This document shows positions 1 through 10,301 of a stretch of DNA of 64,000 nucleotides, piece by piece (the stretch's first letter is position 1; each line of letters begins with the position of its first letter). The notes under the pieces are model-generated. The model was given only the letters and a program-made list of their open reading frames with translations. It was not told the origin of the DNA and did no database searches. The DNA comes from Devosia sp. (GTDB lineage Bacteria > Pseudomonadota > Alphaproteobacteria > Rhizobiales > Devosiaceae). Position numbers and translations under genes: made by a program. The stretch spans positions 62,278-126,277 of the forward strand of contig JADJPS010000020.1 in assembly GCA_016713105.1 (NCBI GenBank), written 5' to 3'.

Positions 1-779
1 GTGCGCACCGTGCCGGTCAGCTTCACCATGCGCGGGATGATGTTGAACGCCTCGCCAGCCTGCAGCATGGTGACGCTCAGCACCGCCGACTTCATCGGGT
101 CGATGTCGCGCGACACGATCGAATGCAGCGCCGTGATCATGTGCGCCGCGATCAGCACCGGGTCGACCGTGTTGTGCGGAATCGCGGCATGCCCGCCTTC
201 GCCCTCGATGACGATGTCGAACGCATCGCTCGCCGCCATGATGCCACCGACGCGCACGCCGAAATGCCCGGCGGGCGTCCCGGGCATGTTGTGCAGCCCG
301 TAGACCTCCTCGATCCCGAAGCGCTCCATCAGCCCATCCTCGAGCATGGCCTTGCCACCCGCCCCGCCTTCCTCGGCCGGCTGGAAGATCAGCACGGCCC
401 GGCCGGTGAAATTGCGGGTCTCCGCGAGGTATCTGGCGGCGCCCAGCAGCATCGCCGTGTGCCCATCGTGCCCGCAAGCGTGCATGCGCCCCGGCGTTGC
501 ACTGCAGTACGGCTTGCCGGTCTTCTCGGTGATCGGCAGCGCGTCCATGTCCGCCCTGAGCCCGATCGTCCGGCCCGGCCCGTGCCCGTTGATCACCCCC
601 ACCACCCCGGTGCGTCCGACCTCCGTTACCACCTCGTCGACGCCGAAGCCCCTCAGCAGATCGGCAACCTTACCGGCCGTGCGGTGGACGTCGTACTGCA
701 GTTCGGGGTGGGTGTGGAAATCGCGTCGCCATTCGGCGACCTGGTCGGCGAATTCGGCAATGGCATTGATGACGGGCAT
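1..779 (-). CDS. M20 family amidohydrolase (hippurate hydrolase-like), runs off the left edge
   Basis: Manual minus-strand translation from ATG at 779: MPVINAIAEFADQVAEWRRDFHTHPEL...GLRADMDALP...MHACGHDGH...FQPAEEGG. Absent from the ORF track because it has no stop in the window. Confidence 0.92.
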   Translation of the reverse strand, partial: MPVINAIAEFADQVAEWRRDFHTHPELQYDVHRTAGKVADLLRGFGVDEVVTEVGRTGVVGVINGHGPGRTIGLRADMDALPITEKTGKPYCSATPGRMHACGHDGHTAMLLGAARYLAETRNFTGRAVLIFQPAEEGGAGGKAMLEDGLMERFGIEEVYGLHNMPGTPAGHFGVRVGGIMAASDAFDIVIEGEGGHAAIPHNTVDPVLIAAHMITALHSIVSRDIDPMKSAVLSVTMLQAGEAFNIIPRMVKLTGTVR

Positions 780-986
780 AATGAACCTGACGTTCGCAAG
801 CCGCTACTGTGCCCGCTCCGGGGCAGGGGGGTCAACCCGCCGAAGGGCGGAGTCTGCGGCTCAGTTCATATTCCGGATGCCGACTGCGGCGGCCGGCCTG
901 TGACGGCCGGTGTCGCGCCCAGCACGCGCCTCGTCGCCTCCTGTCGGCGACCTGCGAGAGGTGGTGCTGGCGGGCGACCTGCAGGC

Positions 987-2294
987 TCAGCGCGTGTTGT
1001 GCAGCATGCCCTGAAAGGCGCGGTAACTGCCCTTTGGCGTGCGGACCTGCGTCGCGTAGTCGACATGCACGATGCCGAAGCGCGAAGTATAACCTTCCGC
1101 CCACTCGTAGTTGTCGAGCAGCGACCAGGCGAAGAAGCCGCGGACATCGGCGCCCTGCGCCTGGGCGTTGGCGACCGCCCGCAGGTGGTCGTCATAGAAC
1201 TTCACCCGGCGCGCGTCGTCGGTTTCGCTCATGCCGGTTTCGGTGACGTAGAGTGGCACCCTGGTGTATTCGCGGCTGACGCGAACGAGGAGATCCTCAA
1301 GGCCCTTGGGGTGGATCTCCCAGCCCAGGTCGGACGTTTCGAGATCGCCCGCGATGCGCCGGCCGCCGAACAGTCCGGCGTCGCGGTCGCCGGCGTATAT
1401 ACCGCGGGTGTAGTAGTTGATCCCCAGCCAGTCGAGCGGGCGGGAGACGGTCTCCATATCCTTCTCGAAGCCCTCCGGCAGCCAGGGCGCCAGCGCCGTG
1501 GTGAGTTCCACCGGATAGACGCCCTTGAACACGCCGCCGAGGTACCAGCGGTTGAACAGCGCATCGCCGATGTTTTCGGCGTCGAGATCCTCGGGCTTGC
1601 CAGAGGCCGGCTCGGTCTTTTCGAGGTTGAGCACGATGCCGAGATTCTTGGCGCCCTCGCCGCGGAGGGCGTCGATGGCCGTGCCATGCGCCAGCAACAC
1701 GTGATGCATGGCACGTGCGGCGGCGCGCAGGTCGCGATAGCCGGGGGCATGGATGCCGAGGAAGTGGCTGAGGAAGGCGACGCACCAGGGCTCGTTGATG
1801 GTGGCAGTGGCGGCGAGCCGATCGCCGAAGCGGTTTCCGACCAAGGCGGCGTACTCGGCGAACCAGCCGGCAATGTCGCGATTCATCCAGCCGCCCCGGT
1901 CCATGAGCGCACTTGGCAGGTCCCAGTGGTAGAGGGTCGCGAACGGCTTGAGGCCGCGCTCGAGCATGCCGTCTATCAGCCGGTCGTAGAAGTCGAGCCC
2001 CTTCTGGTTCACAGCGCCGATGCCTTCGGGGATGAGGCGCGGCCAGGCCAACGAGAAGCGGTAGGCATCGAAGCCGCCGTCGCGGATGAGGTCGAGGTCC
2101 TCGGGCCAGCGATTGTAGTGGTCGCAGGCGACCGCGCCATCATGCCGGTGCTTCACGTTGCCGGGGGTGGCGGCGAAAGTGTCCCAGATGCAGGTGCCGC
2201 GGCCATCGGTCTGTCCGCCCTCGATCTGGTAGGCGGCGGTTGCGGTGCCGAAGGTGAAGTTCGGCCCGAGGTCCTGGCGCTCGATGGAAAACAA
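987..2294 (-). CDS. GH1 beta-glucosidase
   Basis: ATAAYQIEG, YRFSLAWPR, TLYHWDLP, TINEP (acid/base), YVTETG (nucleophile region), DNYEWAEG. Confidence 0.95.
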   Translation of the reverse strand: MFSIERQDLGPNFTFGTATAAYQIEGGQTDGRGTCIWDTFAATPGNVKHRHDGAVACDHYNRWPEDLDLIRDGGFDAYRFSLAWPRLIPEGIGAVNQKGLDFYDRLIDGMLERGLKPFATLYHWDLPSALMDRGGWMNRDIAGWFAEYAALVGNRFGDRLAATATINEPWCVAFLSHFLGIHAPGYRDLRAAARAMHHVLLAHGTAIDALRGEGAKNLGIVLNLEKTEPASGKPEDLDAENIGDALFNRWYLGGVFKGVYPVELTTALAPWLPEGFEKDMETVSRPLDWLGINYYTRGIYAGDRDAGLFGGRRIAGDLETSDLGWEIHPKGLEDLLVRVSREYTRVPLYVTETGMSETDDARRVKFYDDHLRAVANAQAQGADVRGFFAWSLLDNYEWAEGYTSRFGIVHVDYATQVRTPKGSYRAFQGMLHNTR

Positions 2295-2372
2295 CGACGT
2301 ACCTCCTCAACTGGCGCGTTCGCGCACGTGATTGATCGACCAGACGTGCGGGATTTGACGTCCCCGAGGTCA

Positions 2373-2388
2373 ATGTAATCGATTGCAT
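2373..2388. promoter_or_regulatory. LacI-family operator-like palindrome upstream of the beta-glucosidase
   Basis: ATGTAATCGATTGCAT, palindrome with one mismatched pair and central CG, matches TGnAAnCGnTTnCA, about 80 nt upstream of the start. Confidence 0.65.
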
Positions 2389-2468
2389 AGCAGCGGATGG
2401 GACGTGTGTCACCCCTCCGCCCCTTCCTGCAAGGGCAGGAATGCAAGCGAAATCGGATGTGGGCGACG

Positions 2469-3548
2469 CTAGGGTCTGACCGCGGGCTGGGCGGCGAGGA
2501 GCCGCTTCGCGATGGTCCGGAAGGGCAGGGCCTCGGCGCTATCGGGGTTGGTTGCTACTACCGGCCGGCCGGCATCGGAGGTTTCGCGGATCTGCATGAC
2601 CAGGGGAATCTCGCCCAGGAACGGGATGCCGAGATTGTCGGCCGCCGCATGGGCGCCGCCATGGCCGAAAATATCGTAGCGCCTGCCGGTATCGGGGGCG
2701 AGGAAGTAACTCATGTTCTCGACGATGCCGAGGATCGGCACTTCGGTCCTGAGGAACATGTCCATCGCCTTGGTGGCGTCGATCAGCGCCAGGTCCTGGG
2801 GGGTGGAGATGATGACCGCGCCAAGCAGCGGCACCTGCTGGACCAGCGAGATCTGGATGTCGCCGGTGCCGGGCGGCAGATCGACCACCAGCACGTCGAG
2901 CCCGCCCCAGTCGGTTTCGCGCAGCAACTGGCGGAGCGCTGAGGTGGCCATCGGGCCGCGCCAGACCACGGCCTGACCAGGGGTGAGCATCGAGCCGATC
3001 GACATGGCCTTGAGGCCGAAGGCCTGATGGGGGGAGAAGATGCCGTCTTCGCGCACGGCGGGCTTGCCCTCGAGGCCGAGGAGCTTGGGGATCGAGGGCC
3101 CGTAGAGATCGGCATCGAGGATACCGGTGCGAAGGCCCTCAGCGGCGAAGGCCAGCGCCAGGTTGACGGCGACGGTCGACTTGCCGACGCCGCCCTTGCC
3201 CGACCCGACCGCGACGATGTGGCGGATGCCGGGCACGGCCTCGCGCGGCGCCGGACCGGGGCGGTTCTGCGCCTTGGCCTGGCCGGTAGCGGCCTGATTG
3301 CGGTCGGAGGTCAGCGACACCATGACCTTGCGGCCCTCCGAGACCTTCTCGGCAGCAGCCTGCGCGGCGGTGCGGGCAGGCGCGAAGGCAGTCTCCATGC
3401 CATGGGCGACCGAGATGGCGAAGGCGACCGCGCCCTGTGTCACGATGATCTCGCTCAGCCCGCCGTAGTCGGCGAGATTGCCCCCGCCGGGGATGGTGAC
3501 GGAGCGCAAGGCGTTGCGGACAGCGTTGGCGATCAGTTCATTGGCCAT
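2469..3548 (-). CDS. mrp: Mrp/NBP35 (ApbC) Fe-S cluster carrier ATPase
   Basis: GSGKGGVGKST, DADLYGPS, VWRGPM, DLPPGTGD, ENMSYF. Start taken at MANELIA. Confidence 0.93.
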   Translation of the reverse strand: MANELIANAVRNALRSVTIPGGGNLADYGGLSEIIVTQGAVAFAISVAHGMETAFAPARTAAQAAAEKVSEGRKVMVSLTSDRNQAATGQAKAQNRPGPAPREAVPGIRHIVAVGSGKGGVGKSTVAVNLALAFAAEGLRTGILDADLYGPSIPKLLGLEGKPAVREDGIFSPHQAFGLKAMSIGSMLTPGQAVVWRGPMATSALRQLLRETDWGGLDVLVVDLPPGTGDIQISLVQQVPLLGAVIISTPQDLALIDATKAMDMFLRTEVPILGIVENMSYFLAPDTGRRYDIFGHGGAHAAADNLGIPFLGEIPLVMQIRETSDAGRPVVATNPDSAEALPFRTIAKRLLAAQPAVRP

Positions 3549-3579
3549 TGTGCGATTCCCGCGCCGCCAAACCCACGGT

Positions 3580-3674
3580 GTCATTCCGGCGCAGGCCGGA
3601 ATCCAGCGCTCTCAGCGCACTCCGCGATGGCGGCGAAATCTCAGGATGGGCCCCGGCCTGCGCCGGGGCGATAC
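3580..3674. repeat. Rhizobial intergenic palindromic repeat pair (GTCATTCCGGCGCAGGCCGGAATCC ... CCCCGGCCTGCGCCGGGG)
   Basis: Two inverted GC-rich hairpin units between tal and mrp. Confidence 0.75.
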
Positions 3675-3699
3675 CGTGCTGGTGGTGGGTACAGAGCCC

Positions 3700-4353
3700 T
3701 CAGAGGATCGACTGGCCTGTGGACTTCCAGTCCTTGACGAACTGCTCGAGGCCCGACTTGGTCAGCGGGTGGTCGGCGAGCTTGTAGATCACGGTCGGCG
3801 GGATGGTAGCGACGTCGGCGCCGGCGAGGGCGGCCTCGGTCACGTGGTTGGCCGAGCGGATCGAGGCGGCAAGGATCTCGGTCGAGAAGGCGTAGTTGTC
3901 GTAGATCTGGCGGATATCGCGGATCAGCTGCATGCCCTCGAGGTTGATGTCGTCGAGCCGGCCGATGAACGGCGAGACGAAGGTGGCGCCGGCCTTGGCC
4001 GCGAGCAGCGCCTGGTTGGCCGAAAAGCAGAGAGTCACGTTGGTCTTGATGCCATTGGACGAGAAGTGCTTGGTGGCCTTCAGCCCGTCGATGGTCAGCG
4101 GCAGCTTGATCACGACATTCTCGGCGATCTTCGCCAGGTGCTCGCCTTCGGCGACCATGCCGGCGTAGTCGGTAGCGGCGACTTCGGCAGAGACCGGGCC
4201 GGGAACGATCGAGCAGATCTCCTTGATGACTTCCTTGAAGTCGCGGCCGGACTTGGCAACGAGCGAGGGATTGGTCGTCACCCCGTCGAGCAGGCCGGTT
4301 TCGTGGAGATCGCGGATATCCTTGATCTCGGCGGTATCGACGAAGAACTTCAT
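3700..4353 (-). CDS. tal: Transaldolase (short FSA/TalC-type)
   Basis: MKFFVDTA...GVTTNPSL...VVIKLP...TNVTLCFS...[11 protein letters not shown]. Confidence 0.93.
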   Translation of the reverse strand: MKFFVDTAEIKDIRDLHETGLLDGVTTNPSLVAKSGRDFKEVIKEICSIVPGPVSAEVAATDYAGMVAEGEHLAKIAENVVIKLPLTIDGLKATKHFSSNGIKTNVTLCFSANQALLAAKAGATFVSPFIGRLDDINLEGMQLIRDIRQIYDNYAFSTEILAASIRSANHVTEAALAGADVATIPPTVIYKLADHPLTKSGLEQFVKDWKSTGQSIL

Positions 4354-4436
4354 GGCGTTCCCCTCCGGGAGAGTGGTGTGCTGTTGTCTAGGTATGCCGA
4401 TTGTGGCGCGTCGCAAGGGCGCGCCGCAAGTCGTGT

Positions 4437-5621
4437 TCAGCGGATGGCGGCGAGCAGCTTGTCGGCGAGTTCGCCCACGCGGTCCTCCGGGATGCCGGCG
4501 ACGTTGATACGGCTGTCGTTGATCATGTAGATCGCATCGTCGAGCTTGAGCTTGGTGACCACCGCCTCGGGCAGGCCGAGCAGCGAGAACATGCCCGAGT
4601 GCTGGGCGATGAAGTCGAAGTCCTTGCTGTTGGAGCGCTGCCGGATGGCGTCGGCGAGCTTGACGCGGAGTCGTTTCATGCGCTCGCGCATCTCGGTGAG
4701 TTCGGCCTCCCACTCGGCGCGCAGGTCCTTGTCCTCGAGGATGACCCGGACGACTTCGGCGCCGTGGTCGGGGGTCTGGCTGATGGTGCCGCGGATGATG
4801 TTCTGCATCTGCGATGACACCACGTCCGCCGTCTCGCTGTCGCGGGCGATGGCGATGGCGACGCCGGCGCGCTCGCGATAGAGGCCGAAGTTCTTCGACG
4901 CCGAAAACGCAATCATGCATTCGGGAACGCTGGTCGCCACCTTGCGCACACCATATGCATCGGCCTCGATGCCGTCGCCAAAGCCGAGATAGGCGAGATC
5001 GACCAGTGGGAAGGCGCCGGTGCGCCTGAGGCTCTCGACCACGCGGTCCCATTGGGCGGGCGTGAGGTTGGCGCCCGTGGGATTGTGGCAGCAGCCATGC
5101 AGCAGAATGGTGTCGTTGCTGTTCAGCCCGTCGATGACCTTGATCATGGCGTCGAAATCGACGGCGCGGCTTCGCGGGTCGAAATACGGGTAGTAGTGGA
5201 CCTCGAGCCCAGCGTTCTCGGCGAGCGGAATGTGGTTGGGCCAGGTCGGATCGGAAATGAAGATGCGACCGCCGGGACGGGCCCGGCCGAGCACGTGCAT
5301 CAGGATCATCAGCGCGCCGGTTCCTCCGGCGCCGTTGACGCAGCGGATGCGCGAGGCCTCGACCGTGTTGGCGAGCGCCAGGTCGACGATCGCGGCCGAG
5401 AATTCCTTGTTGCCGACCACGCCCTTGTAGGTCTTGGTCCTCGCCCCGTCGAGAATGCGCTGCTCGGCCTTCTTGACCGCCGACATGATCGGCGTGTTGT
5501 TGCCCGGGTCCTTGTAGACGCCGACACCGAGGTCGATCTTGCCGGTGCGCGGATCGGCGGCGTACTCGGCCATGAGGACGAAAATCTTGTCGAGCGTGGC
5601 CTTCTTGAGCGTCTCAAACAT
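4437..5621 (-). CDS. Aromatic amino acid / aspartate aminotransferase (class I)
   Basis: [44 protein letters not shown]. Start taken at MFETLKK. Confidence 0.93.
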   Translation of the reverse strand: MFETLKKATLDKIFVLMAEYAADPRTGKIDLGVGVYKDPGNNTPIMSAVKKAEQRILDGARTKTYKGVVGNKEFSAAIVDLALANTVEASRIRCVNGAGGTGALMILMHVLGRARPGGRIFISDPTWPNHIPLAENAGLEVHYYPYFDPRSRAVDFDAMIKVIDGLNSNDTILLHGCCHNPTGANLTPAQWDRVVESLRRTGAFPLVDLAYLGFGDGIEADAYGVRKVATSVPECMIAFSASKNFGLYRERAGVAIAIARDSETADVVSSQMQNIIRGTISQTPDHGAEVVRVILEDKDLRAEWEAELTEMRERMKRLRVKLADAIRQRSNSKDFDFIAQHSGMFSLLGLPEAVVTKLKLDDAIYMINDSRINVAGIPEDRVGELADKLLAAIR

Positions 5622-5675
5622 CTTGGGTTTCCGGGGAAGAGCAGGCGGGGGAGTTATAGGCAGGCTGGGGGGAAT

Positions 5676-5688
5676 TGCAACCGGTGCA
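5676..5688. promoter_or_regulatory. Possible LacI-family operator upstream of the alpha-glucosidase
   Basis: TGCAACCGGTGCA, one base short of the perfect palindrome TGCAACCGGTTGCA. Confidence 0.35.
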
Positions 5689-5851
5689 GAGCCGAACCCT
5701 CCCGGCTCAGAGACGGCGATTTCTGCGCTGCGCCCCAATCGGATCGAGTAGCGGGTTCAACGCCCACCACCTGCATTCGCCTGCCGATTGACACCCGGCC
5801 TGCCGGCGCGCATCACCGGGCCAGTCCCCTTTGCCCGAGAGGAGCCCGCTC

Positions 5852-7546
5852 GTGAGCCTCGTTCCGCCCAATGTATCCGTTGCCCCGATGACCGAGCAGA
5901 AGTCGACGCCGACCCAGCCGGTCGACAAGGACTGGTGGCGGGGTGCCGTCATCTACCAGATCTACCCACGCTCGTTTCAGGACCACAACGGCGACGGCGT
6001 CGGCGATCTCGTCGGCATCACCGAGCGGCTCGACTATGTCGCCGATCTCGGGGTCGACGCCATCTGGCTCAGCCCCTTCTTCACGTCGCCGATGAAGGAT
6101 TTCGGCTACGACGTCTCCAACTACCGCGACGTCGATCCGATCTTCGGCACCATCGGCGATTTCGACCGGCTGCTGGAAAAGGCCCATTCGCGCGGCCTCA
6201 GGGTGATCATCGACCAGGTGATCTCGCACTCCTCCGACAGGCACCCCTGGTTCCAGGAGAGCCGGCAGTCCCGCACCAACCCCAAGCACGACTGGTATGT
6301 CTGGGCCGACCCGAACCCGGACGGCACGCCGCCGAACAACTGGCTCTCGATCTTCGGCGGTTCCGCCTGGACCTGGGACAGCCGGCGCATGCAGTACTAC
6401 ATGCACAACTTCCTCGCCTCCCAGCCTGACCTCAACTTCCACAACCCGGAGGTGCAGGACGCCGTGCTGGGCGCCATGCGCTTCTGGCTCGAGCGCGGCG
6501 TCGACGGCTTCCGGCTCGACACGGTGAACTTCTACTTCTGCTCCGAAGGGCTCGAATCCAATCCGGTGGTCCGTCCCGAGGACTTCAACGCCTCGACTGC
6601 TCCAGCGGTGAATCCCTACAATTTCCAGGAGCATGTCTACGACAAGAGCCGTCCGGAAAACCTCGCCTTCCTGACTCGCATCCGTGCCCTGATCGATGAG
6701 TATCCCGGCACCACCAGCGTCGGCGAGATCGGCTACAGCCAGCACCAGCTCGAAATCATGGCGCAGTACACGTCGGGCGAGGACCGGCTGCACATGGCTT
6801 ACACCTTCGACTACCTGGGCGGCGCCTTCAACTCCCGTCACTTCCGCACGTCGATCGACCTCGCAGAACAGGACGCGCCGGACGGCTGGATATGCCTTGC
6901 CTTCTCCAACCACGACGTCGTCCGGCACCTGAGCCGCTGGGGCGCCCACAACCACAAGGAGGCCTTTGCCCGGCTCGCCTCCACCATGCTGCTGACCATG
7001 CGAGGCTCGGTTTGCCTCTACCAGGGCGAGGAACTGGGTCTGACCGAGGCCGAGCTCGCCTTCGAGGATCTGGTCGATCCCTACGGCATCGAGTTCTGGC
7101 CCGAGTTCAAGGGTCGCGACGGCTGCCGCACCCCGATGGTCTGGCAGGCAGCGGCGCATCTGGGTGGCTTCACCACCGCGCAGAAGGCCTGGCTGCCGGT
7201 TCCAGCCGATCACCTGCTGCGGGCCGTTGACCAGCAGGAAAAGCAGAACGACTCGCTGCTGCACCACTATCGGGCGACGCTGAACTTCCGTCGCCAGCAT
7301 CCGGCACTGGCCAAGGGCGCCATCGAAACCCTCGACGCACCCGACGGTGTCCTGATGTTCCGCCGCAGCGGGGCAGGGGAAACCCTGCTGTGCGTGTACA
7401 ACATGACCGAGGGGCCGAAATCGGTGCAATTGCCCGCCGGCATCGCCGTGCGATCCGCCGATGCGCCGGGTTCAGTCGTCGGGCCGGTCGACGGGGTTGT
7501 CGCCCTGCCGCCTTTCGGGGCCTTTGTCGGCATCGTCGCCGGCTGA
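5852..7546 (+). CDS. aglA: GH13 alpha-glucosidase (AglA-like)
   Basis: YQIYPRSFQD, DFGYDVS, DQVISH, DGFRLDTVN, SNHD, YQGEELG, GRDGCRTPM. GTG start follows a GAGGAG RBS. Confidence 0.92.
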   Translation: MSLVPPNVSVAPMTEQKSTPTQPVDKDWWRGAVIYQIYPRSFQDHNGDGVGDLVGITERLDYVADLGVDAIWLSPFFTSPMKDFGYDVSNYRDVDPIFGTIGDFDRLLEKAHSRGLRVIIDQVISHSSDRHPWFQESRQSRTNPKHDWYVWADPNPDGTPPNNWLSIFGGSAWTWDSRRMQYYMHNFLASQPDLNFHNPEVQDAVLGAMRFWLERGVDGFRLDTVNFYFCSEGLESNPVVRPEDFNASTAPAVNPYNFQEHVYDKSRPENLAFLTRIRALIDEYPGTTSVGEIGYSQHQLEIMAQYTSGEDRLHMAYTFDYLGGAFNSRHFRTSIDLAEQDAPDGWICLAFSNHDVVRHLSRWGAHNHKEAFARLASTMLLTMRGSVCLYQGEELGLTEAELAFEDLVDPYGIEFWPEFKGRDGCRTPMVWQAAAHLGGFTTAQKAWLPVPADHLLRAVDQQEKQNDSLLHHYRATLNFRRQHPALAKGAIETLDAPDGVLMFRRSGAGETLLCVYNMTEGPKSVQLPAGIAVRSADAPGSVVGPVDGVVALPPFGAFVGIVAG

Positions 7547-9499
7547 CTCCGCCGGCACCGGGACTGTCACCGAGTCGTTGTGCCCCGCTGCGGGCAGGGC
7601 CTGCCGGGTCGTCTCGATCTTGTGCGCCGGCAGCGAGATGAGCTGCGGGGCCGGCGGCAGCAGCCTGCCGGGTGGCGCGATGACCAGGGGCTCGGTCGGA
7701 ATGGCGGGGTCGGGGAGGGACGGCGGGTCGGCCGCCACCTCGGCGACCATCGCTGTCGCGGGCAATTCGGGCTGAGGCTCCGCGGGAGGGCCCGGGGGAG
7801 GTGCAACCGTAGCCGCGTCGGCCGGAGGCGGTGCCGCGACCGGCAGCGGCGTGACCTCGAGGGGCAGCGGTTCAGGGTCGGGATCGGGCATGGCGGCTGC
7901 CGCTGGCACGGGCACTGGCAAGGGGGCCTCGAGCAGGACGACCGGCGGATCGGCGGCGGTCTCAGCCACCGGAGGCAGAGCGGCCTCCGGCTCTGGCGGG
8001 CTTGGCTCTGCAGGGGTCGGCACCGTTGCAGGGGCAGGAGGGACTGGCTCGCCGGCATCGGGCCTAGCCACTGCCACCAGTCCGGGCGCCGGTGCGACCG
8101 GCTGCGGCACGTCGGGCCGACGCCCCGGGTAGCGAGGGGCGACGAGGCGTCGCGTTTCCGCCTGTTCCGGTGTCTCCGCCAGTTGGGCCGGCGCGCCGCC
8201 CTCGATGATGTGCCCTTGCTCCAGAACCAGGATGCGATCGCAGATCGTGCCGAGTACTTCGATGTCCCGGCTTGCAGCCAGCACCGTCAGGCCGTTGTCG
8301 GCGCGCACCCGGTTGAGCAGCACCAGGAACTCCACCCGCTCCGCCGCATCGAGCCGCAGCGTCGGTTCGTCGAGTACAATCAGTTGCGGTCGCGACGCCA
8401 GCGCCCGGGCCAGCGCCAGCCGCTGCAACTCCATTGCGCCGAAGGCGTCGGGCCTGCGTCCGAGGACAGAGGGATCGAGCCCCACGGACCGCACCCCCTC
8501 GACCAGTCGATCGGCCTGCTCGTCGACGAGCAACTGCTGCTCGACCCGCAGCGGTTCCGTCAGCGAGAGCCCTACGGCCAGCGCCGGGTTGAAGGCCAGG
8601 TGCGGATCAGGGAAGACCATGGCAATGGCGGACCGGCGCTCGGCGGGCAGGTCGTCCCCATGATAGGCGTCGCCATCGAACCGCAACTCTCCCGCGCTGC
8701 ACCGCCCCAGCCCCGCCGCGAGCCGTAGCAGTACCGACTTGCCACTGCCAGCGCCGCCGAGCAGCCCCACGGCCTCGCCTCGCCGCACCAAGAAACTGGT
8801 CGGCGCCACCACCACCGGTGGCGGCAGACGATCGAACGGAGACCAGCCTCGATCCCGGAAGCGCTGTTCCACTGCGTCGAACTCGAGCAGCGGCTCCCCG
8901 ATCGGGGGGGGCATCGTCGCCCTTGTCCGCGGCTGGTAGGCGCCCAGCAGCTCTCGCGTCCGCGCGTGCCGCGCCCGCTCGGCGAGGGTCTCTGCCGTCC
9001 CGGTCTCGACCGGGCGGGTGCCGTCGAAAACGATGATGCTGTCGGCGAATGCCATGGCGAGGCGCATGTCGCCGGTCAGCAGCAGCACCCCGAACCCCTG
9101 TTCCCGCTGCGCATCGAGGATCGCTTCCGCCAACTCCCGGTGCGCCGTGCCGGCGAGCCCGTGCAAGGGATCGTCGCAGATCAGCAACTGCGGTGTGCGC
9201 TCGAGCAGCGACGCGAGTCCGGCAACCCCGTCCCCGGCACCAAGCAGCCCGATGCGGCCGCGGAACCGCGCCAGTTCGGACTCCCCTGTCGGATAGCTGA
9301 CGCCGTCGAGTGTCAGCGTTCCGGTGCGTACGGCGCTTCCTATGCTCAGCCCCGCCAGCTCCAGCGCCAGCGCCCGCATCGCACCGTCCTGTGCTCCCAC
9401 GATCGCCGTGCGGCCGCCCGACAGGCTCAGGCTCAGCCCCTCGATCATTGATCGGCCGCCGCGGAAGATTCCCAGGTTGTCGACCTCAAGCCGTGCCAT
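7472..9499 (-). CDS. DppD/F-like double ABC ATPase with degenerate motifs and a Pro/Ala-rich C-terminal tail
   Basis: NBD1 lacks a recognisable Walker A (GAQDGAMR). NBD2 has GGAGSGKS and LIVLDEPT, but FGAME replaces LSGGQ and ASRD replaces the H-loop. Confidence 0.8.
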   Translation of the reverse strand: MARLEVDNLGIFRGGRSMIEGLSLSLSGGRTAIVGAQDGAMRALALELAGLSIGSAVRTGTLTLDGVSYPTGESELARFRGRIGLLGAGDGVAGLASLLERTPQLLICDDPLHGLAGTAHRELAEAILDAQREQGFGVLLLTGDMRLAMAFADSIIVFDGTRPVETGTAETLAERARHARTRELLGAYQPRTRATMPPPIGEPLLEFDAVEQRFRDRGWSPFDRLPPPVVVAPTSFLVRRGEAVGLLGGAGSGKSVLLRLAAGLGRCSAGELRFDGDAYHGDDLPAERRSAIAMVFPDPHLAFNPALAVGLSLTEPLRVEQQLLVDEQADRLVEGVRSVGLDPSVLGRRPDAFGAMELQRLALARALASRPQLIVLDEPTLRLDAAERVEFLVLLNRVRADNGLTVLAASRDIEVLGTICDRILVLEQGHIIEGGAPAQLAETPEQAETRRLVAPRYPGRRPDVPQPVAPAPGLVAVARPDAGEPVPPAPATVPTPAEPSPPEPEAALPPVAETAADPPVVLLEAPLPVPVPAAAAMPDPDPEPLPLEVTPLPVAAPPPADAATVAPPPGPPAEPQPELPATAMVAEVAADPPSLPDPAIPTEPLVIAPPGRLLPPAPQLISLPAHKIETTRQALPAAGHNDSVTVPVPAESAGDDADKGPERRQGDNPVDRPDD

Positions 9500-10301
9500 C
9501 GATCCCCCGCCTCAGTCCCCGCGCCACCAGTTGCAGCGCGAGGATCAGCGATACGATCGTCACCCCCGGCGCGATGGCCAGCAACGGACGGATCTGCATG
9601 AAGCCCTGCGTATCCCGCAGCATCACTCCCAGCCCGGTCCCACTCATGCCGGCAGCAAGGCCGAGGAACCCCAGGCTCGCTTCAACCAGGATCGCGACCG
9701 CGAACAGCTCGAGCCCGAGTGCCGCCACCACAGGCAGCAGGGCGGGCAGCACATGACGCTGCATCGCCGAGAGGGCGTTGAGCCCGGCGATGCGTGCCGC
9801 TGCCACGTAGTCGCGGCGCAGCAGCATGGCGACGGGGGCCCGTGCCGCCAGTCCGGCAGCGACCGCCCCAGGCAGAGCCACCGACAGGATGGCCGTTCCG
9901 GGACCTGCGCTGCCCAGCGCGGTAAGCAGCATGGCGACGATCAGTGCCGGCGCCAGCAGCAGTCCTGAGACCCGGCCAGGCGATGGGCCGGCGCCGAACC
10001 TGGCGGCCATAAGTGCTCCGGCTGGCACTCCGACGAGCAGTGCGATCAGCGTTCCAAACCCGGCCACGGCCAGGCTGGACAGCGCGGCCGTCATCAGCAG
10101 CGAGACCACGTCGCGGCCGGCCTGGTCGGTGCCCAGCAGGTGCAGCCCGCCCGGTTCGGCCAGTGGCGTCAGCGGCGGACCGGCGAGCGGAAACGGCACC
10201 CAGACCAGCGAGGTCAGGGCCAGGACGGCAAGCAGCAGGCCGACTCCGCCCCCGGCCACCAGTCCCCAGCGAATGCCGGGCAGGTCGGGGCGGGCGATCA
10301 T
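9486..10301 (-). CDS. DppC/OppC-like ABC permease
   Basis: HLLGTDQAGRDVVS, EAA-loop-like DYVAAARIAG...RHVLP, multiple TM segments. Confidence 0.85.
   Translation of the reverse strand: MIARPDLPGIRWGLVAGGGVGLLLAVLALTSLVWVPFPLAGPPLTPLAEPGGLHLLGTDQAGRDVVSLLMTAALSSLAVAGFGTLIALLVGVPAGALMAARFGAGPSPGRVSGLLLAPALIVAMLLTALGSAGPGTAILSVALPGAVAAGLAARAPVAMLLRRDYVAAARIAGLNALSAMQRHVLPALLPVVAALGLELFAVAILVEASLGFLGLAAGMSGTGLGVMLRDTQGFMQIRPLLAIAPGVTIVSLILALQLVARGLRRGIDGTA

Noticed and set aside
790-985. Structured ncRNA or riboswitch between the beta-glucosidase and amidohydrolase genes
   Set aside because: Several GC hairpins are present, but they match no family I recognise and are explicable as terminator or REP-like sequence
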